Below are positions 27,976-38,027 of a stretch of 64,000 bases of DNA, piece after piece. Below the pieces are notes generated by a model. It ran no database searches. It worked only from the letters and a program-made list of their open reading frames with translations, and was not told the origin of the DNA. Source of the DNA: Eubacteriales bacterium. GTDB taxonomy: Bacteria; Bacillota; Clostridia; Oscillospirales; CAG-272. Every line of letters starts with the position of its first letter. Positions within the stretch are counted from its first letter, which is position 1. Where the stretch lies: assembly GCA_045587385.1 (NCBI GenBank), contig JAZNCE010000048.1, positions 9,797 to 73,796 of the forward strand. Direction: 5' to 3'. The translations under genes and the position numbers were made by a program.

Positions 27976-28667
27976 GCTCTCTCCCCCTTTAGCGTATCAA
28001 TCACGTAGTCCGCGATCAGCTCCCCTGCCGCGCGCGGTGCGTATTTGCCCGGCAAGCCTTGCCCGTTGACGTAATGCAATCCGAATTCTGTTACCGCGTC
28101 CAAATCAAAGCCCCCGGGCACGCTGGCAAGCTCCATAAGCACGGTATCACTCCGCGCACCCAAAAGCAATTCCCTGTCATACAGCACGTGCGGCACGGTA
28201 TTGCATACAGCGTCGTGCTGCGCGGCACGCGCAGGCAACGCGCCCGAAAAGCGCACGGTCTTTGCCCCCATGGCGCGTGCGCGCGCCAGCACCTCGGGTC
28301 TTCTTGCGTATACGGTCACTTGCGCACCGAGCGCGCACAGTGGCGGGCAAAGACACTCTGCAATCCTGCCCATACCGATCACGGCAACGTCCATGCCGCA
28401 TACCGTGCCGCGCGTGCTCACCCCCAGTAGCATGACCGCTCCCTCTGCCGTAATGCGGGCGTTATCGTATAAAAACGCCTCGTCTTTCAGATAGTCCAAA
28501 CCGCCAAGCGTATCGGGCAACCCACCGCCGACAATGATGCTGCCGCGCGCGGCGTGCTCTTGTGCTTCGGACAGCGTCGTGCGCGTGGCGGCATATCTCG
28601 CTTCCCGCAATGCCTGCACGGCATAATCAGCGCGGGCATCCGTTCCCACAATGCAAATCTCTCTCAT
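27972..28667 (-). CDS. dpaA: Dipicolinate synthase subunit A (short form, 231 aa)
   Basis: Rossmann-like VAVIGMGRI and NARITAEGAVML. Overlaps dpaB as ATGA. Confidence 0.65.
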   Translation of the reverse strand: MREICIVGTDARADYAVQALREARYAATRTTLSEAQEHAARGSIIVGGGLPDTLGGLDYLKDEAFLYDNARITAEGAVMLLGVSTRGTVCGMDVAVIGMGRIAECLCPPLCALGAQVTVYARRPEVLARARAMGAKTVRFSGALPARAAQHDAVCNTVPHVLYDRELLLGARSDTVLMELASVPGGFDLDAVTEFGLHYVNGQGLPGKYAPRAAGELIADYVIDTLKGERA

Positions 28668-28678
28668 GCTCCCCTCCT

Positions 28679-29437
28679 TTACTGTGTGTCACATTCATAA
28701 TATGCGCAGATCCCCTTGTAGAGTGCATGGGCAAGACGGTCGCGGTATGCGGGATCGGCAAGCGCGTTACATTCCGCAGGATTGGACAAAAAACCGCATT
28801 CGACCAGCACCGTGGGAATTTGCAGCTTATGTAAAAGGAAAATATTACTCCCTGCCTGCTTGCTTTGCCTGTGATTATCGGGCTGCAGCGTGCTCACGAC
28901 CTCCGCACGTATGGACTCCGCCAACAAGACGCTCTTTTCGCTGTTGGGACTGTACCATACCTGCAAGCCGTGATAGATCTGTTCGGGAAAGGTATTGGCG
29001 TGCAGGCTGACAAAGATCGCGTCGGGGTTGGCGTCTCCAATCGCTTGGCGCGCGGCAAGATCCAGCACTTTTTTGCGCCCTTGATAATCCGCGCCTCGGT
29101 CGTAAAGTAAAACGTCCTCGGTTCGGGTCATGATCACACGCACGCCGTCCGCCTCCAAAAGCGCACAAAGCCGCCCGGCAAGATCCAGATTAAGGTCCTT
29201 TTCCACAAGCCCCGTCACACCGACCGCACCGCCGTCCTCACCGCCGTGCCCTGCGTCGATGATCACCGTGCGGGGCGGCATCTTGGGGGGCTCGGGTGTC
29301 GTTTCCTGCTCTATTGGCGAAGCGGGATCTTGCTCAAAGCTCCCACCCGCAAGCAAGAACAACCCAAGCGTAAGAGCGCAAACCAACACCGTGCCGAACA
29401 AAAATACAAGCGGCAATATAATCACTCTTTTTTTCAT
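28679..29437 (-). CDS. cwlD: N-acetylmuramoyl-L-alanine amidase, CwlD-like (germination-specific)
   Basis: VIIDAGHGGEDGGAVG, FVSLHAN, LVECGFLSNPAE. Start taken at MKKRVIILPL (signal/anchor) after GGAGG; coordinate derived from the ORF-track frame. Confidence 0.75.
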   Translation of the reverse strand: MKKRVIILPLVFLFGTVLVCALTLGLFLLAGGSFEQDPASPIEQETTPEPPKMPPRTVIIDAGHGGEDGGAVGVTGLVEKDLNLDLAGRLCALLEADGVRVIMTRTEDVLLYDRGADYQGRKKVLDLAARQAIGDANPDAIFVSLHANTFPEQIYHGLQVWYSPNSEKSVLLAESIRAEVVSTLQPDNHRQSKQAGSNIFLLHKLQIPTVLVECGFLSNPAECNALADPAYRDRLAHALYKGICAYYECDTQ

Positions 29438-29592
29438 ACATACCTCCGTGGACAAACGTCTTGTTATTATGTATGCTTGGCGAAAAGATTTCATGCAAAA
29501 CGGGAGGGCGATTCATAAGTCGCCCCTCCACTACAACGACAAAAGCCCGCTGTCGGGCATACCGACAGCGGGCTTTTATATGAGTTTGGTGA

Positions 29593-29814
29593 TCAGATGT
29601 TCTCCAGGTAGTTGACAACGTCGCCAACGGTGACAAACTTGTGAATGTCCTCGTCGTCGATCTCAATGTCAAACTTCTCCTCGCACAGCATTACCAGATC
29701 GGCAAGCTCGATGGAGTTGATGCCCAGGTCCTTGATCAGCTCAGCGTCCATGGTAATGTCTGCTTCATCGATCTGCAGCTCTTCCACGAACAGATTCTTC
29801 AATTTCTCGAACAT
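29593..29814 (-). CDS. Acyl carrier protein (stand-alone)
   Basis: MFEKLKNLF start after GGAGGAAT. Phosphopantetheine-site context DLGINSIELADLV. Confidence 0.7.
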   Translation of the reverse strand: MFEKLKNLFVEELQIDEADITMDAELIKDLGINSIELADLVMLCEEKFDIEIDDEDIHKFVTVGDVVNYLENI

Positions 29815-29918
29815 AGTTATATTCCTCCGAATATTTTGCTTTATATGCATAGCACATGGGTATTATAAATGATTTTCCCTATTTTGTCAAGTTGATTTTC
29901 AAAATTCATGGATTTGCA

Positions 29919-29947
29919 TTGACTTTATTTACAATTTAGAGTAAAAT
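29919..29947 (+). promoter_or_regulatory. Promoter TTGACT-17-TAAAAT upstream of comEC
   Basis: TTGACT at 29919-29924, a 17-nt spacer, TAAAAT at 29942-29947. Confidence 0.5.
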
Positions 29948-29982
29948 TAAGGTAAAAGTTCACAGAAAGGGAGAGAAAACTT

Positions 29983-32328
29983 ATGAATATCTTAAAAAAC
30001 AGACCGTTGTTCTCTGCCTGCTTGCTCTATATTATATGCGCCTTTTGTGCGTATTTTACCATTCCCGAGATAAAAATTGTACTGTTTTGCATTTCGGGTG
30101 CCGCTTTGCTTGGGTGCTCTGTTTGCTTGCTGATCAAAAAGCTGCCGCGTAAGATCATACTGCAATGCGCTGCCCTGTCGCTTTGCGTGCTGCTTGCGTT
30201 TGCGGGGTCGTACGTGGCTTTCGATGCATCCATGCAGCAATACGAACGCATTGCAAAACAAGAAAGCTGCCAAGTCCGCGCAACCGTGACCGAGCGCACG
30301 CCGTCCGAGTTTATGACGGTCTACCGCGTACTCGTTTACGACGTGGACGGCAAAGCGCAGTATTTTGACGCTTCTCTCGTTTGTGAATTTGCGTCGTATT
30401 TGCAGGTGGGTGACAGCTTTGAAGCCTCAGTCAAGCCCCAAACGCTCAAGGAATCCGCCTCCCCCTATTTCAGTGAAAGCTATGCCCTGTCGGACGGCTT
30501 GCGCATGCAGTTTAACTGTGAGGGCGAAGATAAGATCATGCAGGTCAACGACCCTCCCCATACCGCTCCCGGCATTGCCCTGCCCCGTGTTTCTCTGCAC
30601 CGACTCAACAACGCGCTCTGCCGTGCCCTGATCGACGCATGCGGTAAGGATTGCGGCGGACTTGTGTGCGCTTTGCTGCTTGGCAACCGCTCGTATCTTG
30701 ACGGCACGCTCGCACGCGATTTTTCCCGCGCGGGTGCTTCCCATATGCTTGCACTGTCGGGCATGCACGTATCCATCCTGATGGGTGCCGTGGGGCTTGC
30801 GCTTGCCAAGCTGCGCGTACACCGCAAGGCGCGTGCCGTGCTGCTGACAGGTACCGCGATCGGGTATCTGGTGCTGACGGGCATGTCTATATCCGCAACG
30901 CGTGCGGTGGCGATGGTATGCATACTGCAGCTTTCCTACCTGCTGGCTGCCGATAACGACACGCTGAGCACGCTGGGACTTGTAGGAGCGGGTATTTTAC
31001 TGCTTGACCCTTATTCGGTTTGCGATGCGGGCTTTATTCTCTCCTTTGTTGCAACCTTTGGCATTGTGGTCCTCGTGCCTCCCATGCACGAATATCTGAA
31101 GGCGCGCACCGAGTCACTTGCCAAGCCGCCGCATCATAAGGCAAAGAAACGCATTTACGGCATGGCAAGTGCCGTTTTGGAAACGCTGCTGATCGGCATC
31201 GTTGCCTGCTTTGCCGTGTTCGTGCCCTCTTGCTTTATCGTTGGCAATATGTCGCTCTTTTCGCCGATCACCACGCTTTTGCTCTCTCCCATCGTTGCCG
31301 CACTTTTGGTGCTTGGCGCAATCACGCTACCTCTCTGCCCCATCCCCCCGCTTGCCAATTTCTTTGCCACGCTCATCCGCCTTTTGTATGCCCTTTGCAC
31401 ACCGTATCCGGAAGCACTCTCCAACATAGACGGTGCACTGCTTTCGCTGACGCACACCACCGTGCAGGTGCTCGGCATCCTCTTTTGCGGTGCTGCATTC
31501 ATATTGCTGCTATTACCCTTGAAGCGCAAATGGCTGCTTTCGCTGCCGCCCGCGCTGTTGGTCATTTCTCTTTGCATTTTCTTTCCAGTCAACGCATCGC
31601 TCTCACCGCGCACGCTGCATGCTGCCTATACGCACCCATCCTCGATCTCGGAGGGCTTGGTATGCGCAGACGGCTACCGCGCATACCTCTGCGACCTCTC
31701 CTCGGGCACGGGTACTGCCATGCAAGCCGCCATGCACGCAGCGCAAAATCTGCACGCGACCGAGGTGGGCGCAATCCTTCTGACGGATTGCCGCACGCAG
31801 CACGCATCCATGCTCTCGAATCTGTTTACAGATTATAAGACCGACTGCGTCTATCTGCCGCGCACAAATGACGCAGAAATGCTTGACGCACAGGCACGCA
31901 TCCTTGAAGTTGCCCGCTTGCACGGCGTGGAGGTCGTGTTCTACGAATACGGAGATGCGGTGGCATGGTGCGAAGGCACAAGCGTTACGGTGCACCGTGA
32001 GGATCTTGCCCGCTCCACGCAGCCCGTGCTGGTAATCACGCTGCAAAAGGGCGATGCACAGATCTGCATGCTGGGCGCTGCCGCAGAGCACACGACGCTT
32101 GCAGCGCAAGCAGCGCACGCGCTGGCGACTTCGGACGCCGTTGTCTGCATGGAGCGCGGCCCCAAGCCAAGGCTGACCTTCTCGCTGGAAGAGGTACACA
32201 ACGGTGAAGTCGTCTTTGCCACGCGCACTCTCGCGTCCTATTGTGATCCCGACAGCCTTCCGGGCGTGCACAAAATGACGGTCGATCCCGAAATTGCGTA
32301 TTTCTCTATTGCAACAAAGCAAGATTAG
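29983..32328 (+). CDS. comEC: ComEC/Rec2 DNA-internalization competence protein
   Basis: Many TM helices. Signature FSRAGASHMLALSGMHVSILMG. C-terminal beta-lactamase-like region. Confidence 0.75.
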   Translation: MNILKNRPLFSACLLYIICAFCAYFTIPEIKIVLFCISGAALLGCSVCLLIKKLPRKIILQCAALSLCVLLAFAGSYVAFDASMQQYERIAKQESCQVRATVTERTPSEFMTVYRVLVYDVDGKAQYFDASLVCEFASYLQVGDSFEASVKPQTLKESASPYFSESYALSDGLRMQFNCEGEDKIMQVNDPPHTAPGIALPRVSLHRLNNALCRALIDACGKDCGGLVCALLLGNRSYLDGTLARDFSRAGASHMLALSGMHVSILMGAVGLALAKLRVHRKARAVLLTGTAIGYLVLTGMSISATRAVAMVCILQLSYLLAADNDTLSTLGLVGAGILLLDPYSVCDAGFILSFVATFGIVVLVPPMHEYLKARTESLAKPPHHKAKKRIYGMASAVLETLLIGIVACFAVFVPSCFIVGNMSLFSPITTLLLSPIVAALLVLGAITLPLCPIPPLANFFATLIRLLYALCTPYPEALSNIDGALLSLTHTTVQVLGILFCGAAFILLLLPLKRKWLLSLPPALLVISLCIFFPVNASLSPRTLHAAYTHPSSISEGLVCADGYRAYLCDLSSGTGTAMQAAMHAAQNLHATEVGAILLTDCRTQHASMLSNLFTDYKTDCVYLPRTNDAEMLDAQARILEVARLHGVEVVFYEYGDAVAWCEGTSVTVHREDLARSTQPVLVITLQKGDAQICMLGAAAEHTTLAAQAAHALATSDAVVCMERGPKPRLTFSLEEVHNGEVVFATRTLASYCDPDSLPGVHKMTVDPEIAYFSIATKQD

Positions 32329-32337
32329 TGGTATAAT
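32309..32337 (+). promoter_or_regulatory. Promoter TTGCAA-17-TGgTATAAT inside the comEC 3' end, upstream of radA
   Basis: TTGCAA at 32309-32314, a 17-nt spacer, TATAAT at 32332-32337. Confidence 0.5.
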
Positions 32338-32366
32338 GGTATTATTACACGAAAGGTTTATTGTTT

Positions 32367-33776
32367 ATGAAAGGCTTAAAAACCGTTTACATATGCGAGG
32401 AATGCTCCTACCGCTCCCCCAAATGGATGGGCAAGTGCCCTTCCTGCGGTGCGTGGAACACCTTTATTGAGGACGTGATTGACACCTCCTCGGGCGCGGA
32501 TGACGCTGCGCAAAAGCGCAATGCCGCGCTCTCCATGGGCGGCGACCACCACGCGCTGCGCTTTGATCAGCTTTCCTTACCCAATCACATTCGCTACAAT
32601 ACGGGACTTTGCGAGCTTGACCGCGTGCTTGGCGGCGGCTTGGTGCTTGGCGAGGTGGTGCTGCTTTCGGGTGAGCCCGGCATCGGTAAATCCACGCTGC
32701 TTTTGCAGATTTCCGAAGCACTTGGGCAAAACCGCAAGGTGCTGTACGTGTCGGGCGAGGAATCGGGCGGTCAGCTCAAGCTGCGCGCCGACAGACTCGG
32801 CGTCAAGAGCGAAAACCTCTACGTACTGACCGAAACCAACATTGACAGCATTCTGCGCGAATGCGACAAGCTCTCCCCCGATATTCTGATCGTGGACTCG
32901 ATCCAGACCGTATGGTCGGATAAGATCAGCTCTGCACCCGGCAGCATTGCGCAGGTGCGCGAGAATGCCATGGCGTTTATCGGCAAGGCAAAGGGTCAGG
33001 GCGTGTCGGTGTTCCTGGTCGGTCACGTCAACAAGGAAGGCAGCATTGCAGGTCCTAAGATACTCGAGCACATGGTGGATGCCGTGCTTTGCTTTGAGGG
33101 CGAAAAGCAGCAATCCTACCGCATCATCCGCGCCACCAAGAACAGATACGGCTCGACCAACGAGATAGGCGTATTTGAAATGACCGACAAGGGGCTTGAC
33201 GAGGTCACCAATCCCTCGGAAATGCTGCTTTCGGGCAGACCCAAGGGCGTTTCGGGCAGCGCGGCAGTTTGCACCGTGCAGGGCACGCGCCCGCTGATTG
33301 CAGAGGTGCAGGCACTTGTTTCGCAGACCTATTTCCCCTCCCCGCGCCGCGTGGCAAACGGTATTGATTACAATAGACTTTGCCTGATCATCGACGTGCT
33401 GGAAAAGCGCATGGGACTCAAATTCTATCAAAACGACGTATATACCAACGTAGTCGGCGGCTTGCGCCTTGACGAAACCGCAGCGGATCTTTCTGTCGCG
33501 CTGGCACTCATTTCTTCGCTGACAGACCGCGTTGTCCCCGAGGGACTGATTGCCGTGGGCGAGATCGGGCTTTCGGGCGAGGTGCGTGCGGTATCGCATG
33601 CCGAAAACCGCGTCAAGGAGGCGGCAAGATTAGGCTTTACCACCGCCGTCATTCCCTACCGTAACGTCGAAAAGCGTCCCTTTGAATGCCCCGGCATCAA
33701 GGTGCACGCCATCCGCTCGATCTTTGAGCTGCCGAGCCTTTTGGTCACGGCAAACGAAAACGAGCAGCAGTTCTAA
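32367..33776 (+). CDS. radA: DNA repair protein RadA/Sms
   Basis: Zinc finger CEECSYRSPKWMGKCPSCGAWNTF, Walker A GEPGIGKST, KNRYG motif, Lon-like C-terminus. Confidence 0.9.
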   Translation: MKGLKTVYICEECSYRSPKWMGKCPSCGAWNTFIEDVIDTSSGADDAAQKRNAALSMGGDHHALRFDQLSLPNHIRYNTGLCELDRVLGGGLVLGEVVLLSGEPGIGKSTLLLQISEALGQNRKVLYVSGEESGGQLKLRADRLGVKSENLYVLTETNIDSILRECDKLSPDILIVDSIQTVWSDKISSAPGSIAQVRENAMAFIGKAKGQGVSVFLVGHVNKEGSIAGPKILEHMVDAVLCFEGEKQQSYRIIRATKNRYGSTNEIGVFEMTDKGLDEVTNPSEMLLSGRPKGVSGSAAVCTVQGTRPLIAEVQALVSQTYFPSPRRVANGIDYNRLCLIIDVLEKRMGLKFYQNDVYTNVVGGLRLDETAADLSVALALISSLTDRVVPEGLIAVGEIGLSGEVRAVSHAENRVKEAARLGFTTAVIPYRNVEKRPFECPGIKVHAIRSIFELPSLLVTANENEQQF

Positions 33777-33783
33777 AAAACAC

Positions 33784-33826
33784 CCGCCAACGGCAAAAAT
33801 GCCGTTGGCGGATTTCATTTTCATTT
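33784..33826 (+). terminator. radA terminator (hairpin shared with REP-like family 2)
   Basis: CCGCCAACGGC-AAAAAT-GCCGTTGGCGG followed by ATTTCATTTTCATTT. Confidence 0.6.
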
Positions 33827-33968
33827 AATATGGCACGTCAGGAGCGAGCCCCTGCCCTACACCACGTTGCAACAATCTCCCTTGTGGCCTTGGAAACGCG
33901 AATGGATTTTGCCGTAGGGCGGGGGCTTGCTCCCGCAGGATTGTGCCAAAGAAATTAAGATTTGAGGC

Positions 33969-35267
33969 TTAACTTCCTTTGATCAGCGATATGGTCTTTG
34001 CCAGCCACATGGCAACGTCGGCGCGGGTGATAGCGGCACTTGCCTGCACGCTGCCGTCGGGCGTTTGCAAAATGCCAAGCGAATACAGCGAAACCACGGC
34101 GTCCTCGGCAAAGGCGGGCACGGTATCAGTAAAGCTGACGGGCAGCTTTTGGTTGGCGTAGCCGATCAGATTAGAGAGAATCACCGCTGCTTCGCCGCGC
34201 GTGATGATCTCGTTGGGCTTAAAGTACAGCTCGCCCTTGCTGCCGACGGCGCTCACGTAGCCCTTTTCGTAGGCGGTCTTGACGTAGCCCTTCATGGCAT
34301 CGGGGATCTCACCGTCATCCGCAAAGCCCGTATTGGATACGGGTGCACAGGTCATGCCAACCGCATTCATGGCGGTGACGAGAAAATCCACGCGCGACAT
34401 TTCCCTGTCGGGCTCAAAGCAGTAAAGGCTGCCCTTCTGCGTACCGCTCATCAGCCCCAGCTCGCTCATGCGCAAAGCGTCGGTCAGGCAGGCTTTGCCG
34501 TCAAGGTCGTCAAAATTGCGTCCCAGCGTGCACGCCTGCACCGTGATGCTGACCTTGCCCGCTGCGCTGTAGTTGCCGTATTGGTCGCGGATCACGTAGG
34601 TAAACGCATCCGTGCCCACATAGTCCTTGCCGGGGCTATAGGTATACGCGCCCGTGGCGGTATCGGTCAGGGTCACGATGCCCTTTTCGGGATAGCTGAC
34701 GACTTCAAAGGTCAAGGCGTCCCCCTCGGGGTCGTAGCCGCCCAGCACACCGCAGGCGGGCGTATTGGCATACACCCGCAGGCTGCCTGATTGCGCGGGC
34801 ACGGCAGCGGTGGTGGGCGAGGCGTTGACGCTTGTCAGCGTGCACACAATGCAAGTCATTTCGTACGCGCTGCCGTCCACGGTAAAGCAAAAGCTGCTCT
34901 GCCCCACGGTCTTGGTAGCAGGCTCAAAGGTCAAAAGCGAAAGATCCGCTGCGCGCAAGGTCTGCCCCGTGACCACGCCGTCAGATCCCACGTACAAAGC
35001 CCCCTCGACGGGATCGGGCAGCTTGGTAATGGTGACGTAATCGATATAAGACAGATTCATGGCGCGGGCAAAATCCTGCTTACTGAAGGTGTACTCGTTG
35101 CCCACCAGGGTTGCCACGCGCATGTCGGTCTTTGCAGCAAGCACGTGCAAGGCGGGGCTGAGCGGCGTGGGTTTTTCATCGGCAGCCGATGCACCAAAGG
35201 TGCAAAGTGCGCAAAGACAGCCCAACGTCAAGGCGCACACGATCAGAATTTTCCATACAGGTTTCAT
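33969..35267 (-). CDS. Secreted cell-wall protein: cadherin/Ig-like domain plus C-terminal SLH repeats
   Basis: Signal peptide MKPVWKILIVCALTLGCLCALCTFGASA. DPEGDALTFEVV...TDAFTYVIRDQYGN (cadherin-like). SLH-like FDDLDG..., FADDGEIPDAMKGYV, ITRGEAAVIL. Confidence 0.7.
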   Translation of the reverse strand: MKPVWKILIVCALTLGCLCALCTFGASAADEKPTPLSPALHVLAAKTDMRVATLVGNEYTFSKQDFARAMNLSYIDYVTITKLPDPVEGALYVGSDGVVTGQTLRAADLSLLTFEPATKTVGQSSFCFTVDGSAYEMTCIVCTLTSVNASPTTAAVPAQSGSLRVYANTPACGVLGGYDPEGDALTFEVVSYPEKGIVTLTDTATGAYTYSPGKDYVGTDAFTYVIRDQYGNYSAAGKVSITVQACTLGRNFDDLDGKACLTDALRMSELGLMSGTQKGSLYCFEPDREMSRVDFLVTAMNAVGMTCAPVSNTGFADDGEIPDAMKGYVKTAYEKGYVSAVGSKGELYFKPNEIITRGEAAVILSNLIGYANQKLPVSFTDTVPAFAEDAVVSLYSLGILQTPDGSVQASAAITRADVAMWLAKTISLIKGS

Positions 35268-35406
35268 ATTTCACGCTCCTATTTCAAGATTTTCGATACA
35301 ATGTATGCAAAAATCGCGCGCAGTATGTTTTATTCACACTTTTCACATTGTAATTTTCACAAATCCATGGTATAATAATTGTTATCACGCAGCAAAGGAG
35401 ATTCGT

Positions 35407-36327
35407 ATGGAATTTATCATTGATAAAGAGCACCACGGCAGAACCGTGCTTTCTTACGTGCGCTATACCCTGCGCATCTCCTCGCGCATGCTGACCGTGC
35501 TCAAGCAGACCGAGGACGGTATCACCGTAAACGGTGCGCACGTGACCGTGCGCTGCGTACTCAATGAGGGCGATCGCCTCTGCCTTGCCATTGACGACAC
35601 GGCGGAACGCGCCTCACATAACGTGCCGCCTGCGGACATTCCCATTGAGGTGCTTTACGAGGACGCGCACGTCATTGCCATGAATAAGCCGCCTCACATG
35701 CCTACGCACCCCTCGCACAATCACCATGACGATACCCTTGCCAATGCACTGGCTTACCGATACGCCAAACAGGGTGTTCCCTTTGTGTTTCGCCCCATGG
35801 GTCGCCTTGACCGCAATACCTCGGGCGTGGTGCTTGCCGCCAAGGACAAGGTTGCCTCGGGCATGCTGACCGCTGCCATCAAAGCGGGTGAGGTGCAAAA
35901 GACCTACCTTGCCATAATCACGGGAGAGCTGCCCGTGGATGGAAAGATCCATACCATTGCATGTGGCATCCGCCGCATGGCAGACAGCGTGATCATGCGC
36001 ACCACCTGTCCCGATTCCACCGATCCCAGCGAGGCGTCAATCACCGATTACGAGGTGCTGGACGCGCGCGACGGGATTTCGCTGGTGCGTGTCAAGCCGC
36101 GCACGGGGCGCACGCATCAGATCCGCGTACACTTCGCGTATATCGGTCACCCCTTGCTTGGTGACGACCTTTACGGCACGCCCGACGCGCGCATCGACCG
36201 CCATGCCCTGCATGCGCTCAGCTTGGAGTTTCCCTTGCCCTTTGCAGAGGGACGCATATGCGTAAGTGCCCCCGTTGCTGCGGATATGCTTGCGCTGATA
36301 CATCAATATTTTCCGAGGTACTCATGA
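35407..36327 (+). CDS. RluA/RluD-family pseudouridine synthase
   Basis: Start MEFIIDKEH after AGGAG. S4-like N-terminus. Catalytic GRLDRNTSGVVL and GRTHQIRVH. Confidence 0.8.
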   Translation: MEFIIDKEHHGRTVLSYVRYTLRISSRMLTVLKQTEDGITVNGAHVTVRCVLNEGDRLCLAIDDTAERASHNVPPADIPIEVLYEDAHVIAMNKPPHMPTHPSHNHHDDTLANALAYRYAKQGVPFVFRPMGRLDRNTSGVVLAAKDKVASGMLTAAIKAGEVQKTYLAIITGELPVDGKIHTIACGIRRMADSVIMRTTCPDSTDPSEASITDYEVLDARDGISLVRVKPRTGRTHQIRVHFAYIGHPLLGDDLYGTPDARIDRHALHALSLEFPLPFAEGRICVSAPVAADMLALIHQYFPRYS

Positions 36328-37520
36328 AAAAACGAAACGAACCAATTTTGCCGTCTGTGATCACGGCAAAGGAATACGCAGCCCTTTCGCCGGATGAGCG
36401 CGAGGAATGGCGTGCCGTGCATCCAAGGCACGAGCGACTGCCCAAATGGTGTCTTGTCTGCTACGGCATTGCAGCCCTTGCGCTGCTCATTTATCTGGCG
36501 GCACGCATCTTTCCCGCTTTTGCGGATCTGTTCAATCAGAACGTCAGCGAGATCTTTCGCCGCACGCTTGCCGCGCTGACCGGCTGGATCCCCTTCTCGC
36601 TTGGCGAGGCTTTGATTTTGCTCTTACCCGTCATCTTCGGTCTTGCGGTGTGGTATGCCGCCAAGTACCGCTGTGACACCTGGCGCAGCACCTGGAGCTT
36701 TGTGGGCATTCTGGTAGCGGTCATTTGCCTGTTGCTTTCCATGTTCGTGTTTACCTTTGCAACCGGCTATCACGGCAGGACGCTTGACCAAAAGCTCGGG
36801 CTTGCGCAAAAGGAGGTCAGCGCAGAAGAGCTGTACCAGACCGCATTGATCCTTGCGGAAAAGGTCAACGAGGAGCACGAGAACATGACCTATGCCGCAA
36901 ACGGATTTTCGGTCATGCCCTACTCACTTCCCGAAATGAACGATAAGCTGCTGGACGCGTACGATACCTTTTGCGCGGAGCACAAATTCATTGACCACTA
37001 CGATACAAGACTCAAGCCCGTCATGCTCAGCGAGCTGATGAACTACACGCACATTACGGGCGTTTACTCCTACTTTACGGGTGAAGCGAACATTGATATT
37101 GCCTTCCCCGACTACACCATTCCTTTCACCGCAGCGCACGAGCTGGCACACCAGAGAGGCATTGCAAGAGAGGATGAAGCCAACATGATAGCGTTTCTTG
37201 TATGCATGAAATCGGGCGATCCCTATATCCGCTACAGCGCATATCTGAATATGTACGAGTACGTTGCCAACGCGCTGTATCAGGCAAATCCCGAGCTTTA
37301 CACCAAGGCAAGAAGCACGATCCATGCTGACGTCAAGAGCGAAATGATCGCTTACTCCAACTTCTTTGCCAAGTATCAAAACAGCACCGCAGGCTCGGTT
37401 TCGGGCGCGGTCAACGACACTTTTCTGAAGTTCCAAGGCACCGAAGGCACTGCCAGCTACGGCATGGTGGTGGATCTGACCGTGGCGTATTACAAGCATT
37501 TAGGCTTGGTAACAGAATAA
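36324..37520 (+). CDS. DUF3810-like membrane-associated putative zinc metallopeptidase
   Basis: ATGA overlap with the upstream stop. TM helices. HExxH in TAAHELAHQRGIAREDEAN. Confidence 0.6.
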   Translation: MKKRNEPILPSVITAKEYAALSPDEREEWRAVHPRHERLPKWCLVCYGIAALALLIYLAARIFPAFADLFNQNVSEIFRRTLAALTGWIPFSLGEALILLLPVIFGLAVWYAAKYRCDTWRSTWSFVGILVAVICLLLSMFVFTFATGYHGRTLDQKLGLAQKEVSAEELYQTALILAEKVNEEHENMTYAANGFSVMPYSLPEMNDKLLDAYDTFCAEHKFIDHYDTRLKPVMLSELMNYTHITGVYSYFTGEANIDIAFPDYTIPFTAAHELAHQRGIAREDEANMIAFLVCMKSGDPYIRYSAYLNMYEYVANALYQANPELYTKARSTIHADVKSEMIAYSNFFAKYQNSTAGSVSGAVNDTFLKFQGTEGTASYGMVVDLTVAYYKHLGLVTE

Positions 37521-37529
37521 CGTAACAAA

Positions 37530-37571
37530 CACTCTCAAGGCTGCATACAGTGGCTTTGAGGGTGTTTTTTT
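37530..37571 (+). terminator. Rho-independent terminator
   Basis: CACTCTCAAGGC...GCTTTGAGGGTG (with G-U pairs) followed by TTTTTTT. A second hairpin plus T-run (GCCCC..GGGGCTTTTTTT) lies at about 37606-37629. Confidence 0.6.
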
Positions 37572-38027
37572 GCTGTGCCGACAGCATGCGTCGGCAGGCG
37601 CAATTGCCCCCTTTTCCGGGGCTTTTTTTGCGCTTGTTTGCACGTGTGTTATGTCGTGGTGCGTCGTAATTTGTCGTAGTACGACATTTATTATGAACAT
37701 GTAATTTACCATTTATCTTTAATTTCGACATATTGTTATGATTTTCGTTATGTTTTTCTTGTGTTACGATATGTATCAAGTGCATTTAGAACAGTTGTTC
37801 TTGTGCCTTGGTGCGACATGGTGTGACAAATACGGATTTCGTACTGGAATTATTTTGTAAAGATTTTGTTAACAATGAGCAGAAACTATTTACTTAATAA
37901 TTATAATATGTTATAATAAATGCACGCTGACACAGGTGACAGAAAGCGACATAAACAACGCTTTTTCGAGCGTGCGACATTGGCAAGGCACACCCAAATT
38001 TATCAAGGCAATTTTGGAGATTTTACT

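Noticed and set aside
29395-29465. Apparent 1-nt frame inconsistency while hand-translating the cwlD 5' region (possible frameshift or pseudogene)
   Set aside because: The ORF track gives an uninterrupted 271-aa frame, and the two discrepancies I saw cancel each other within 60 nt. This is most likely my own miscount of A/T runs at a line break. I treat hand-derived coordinates as accurate to about 1 nt.
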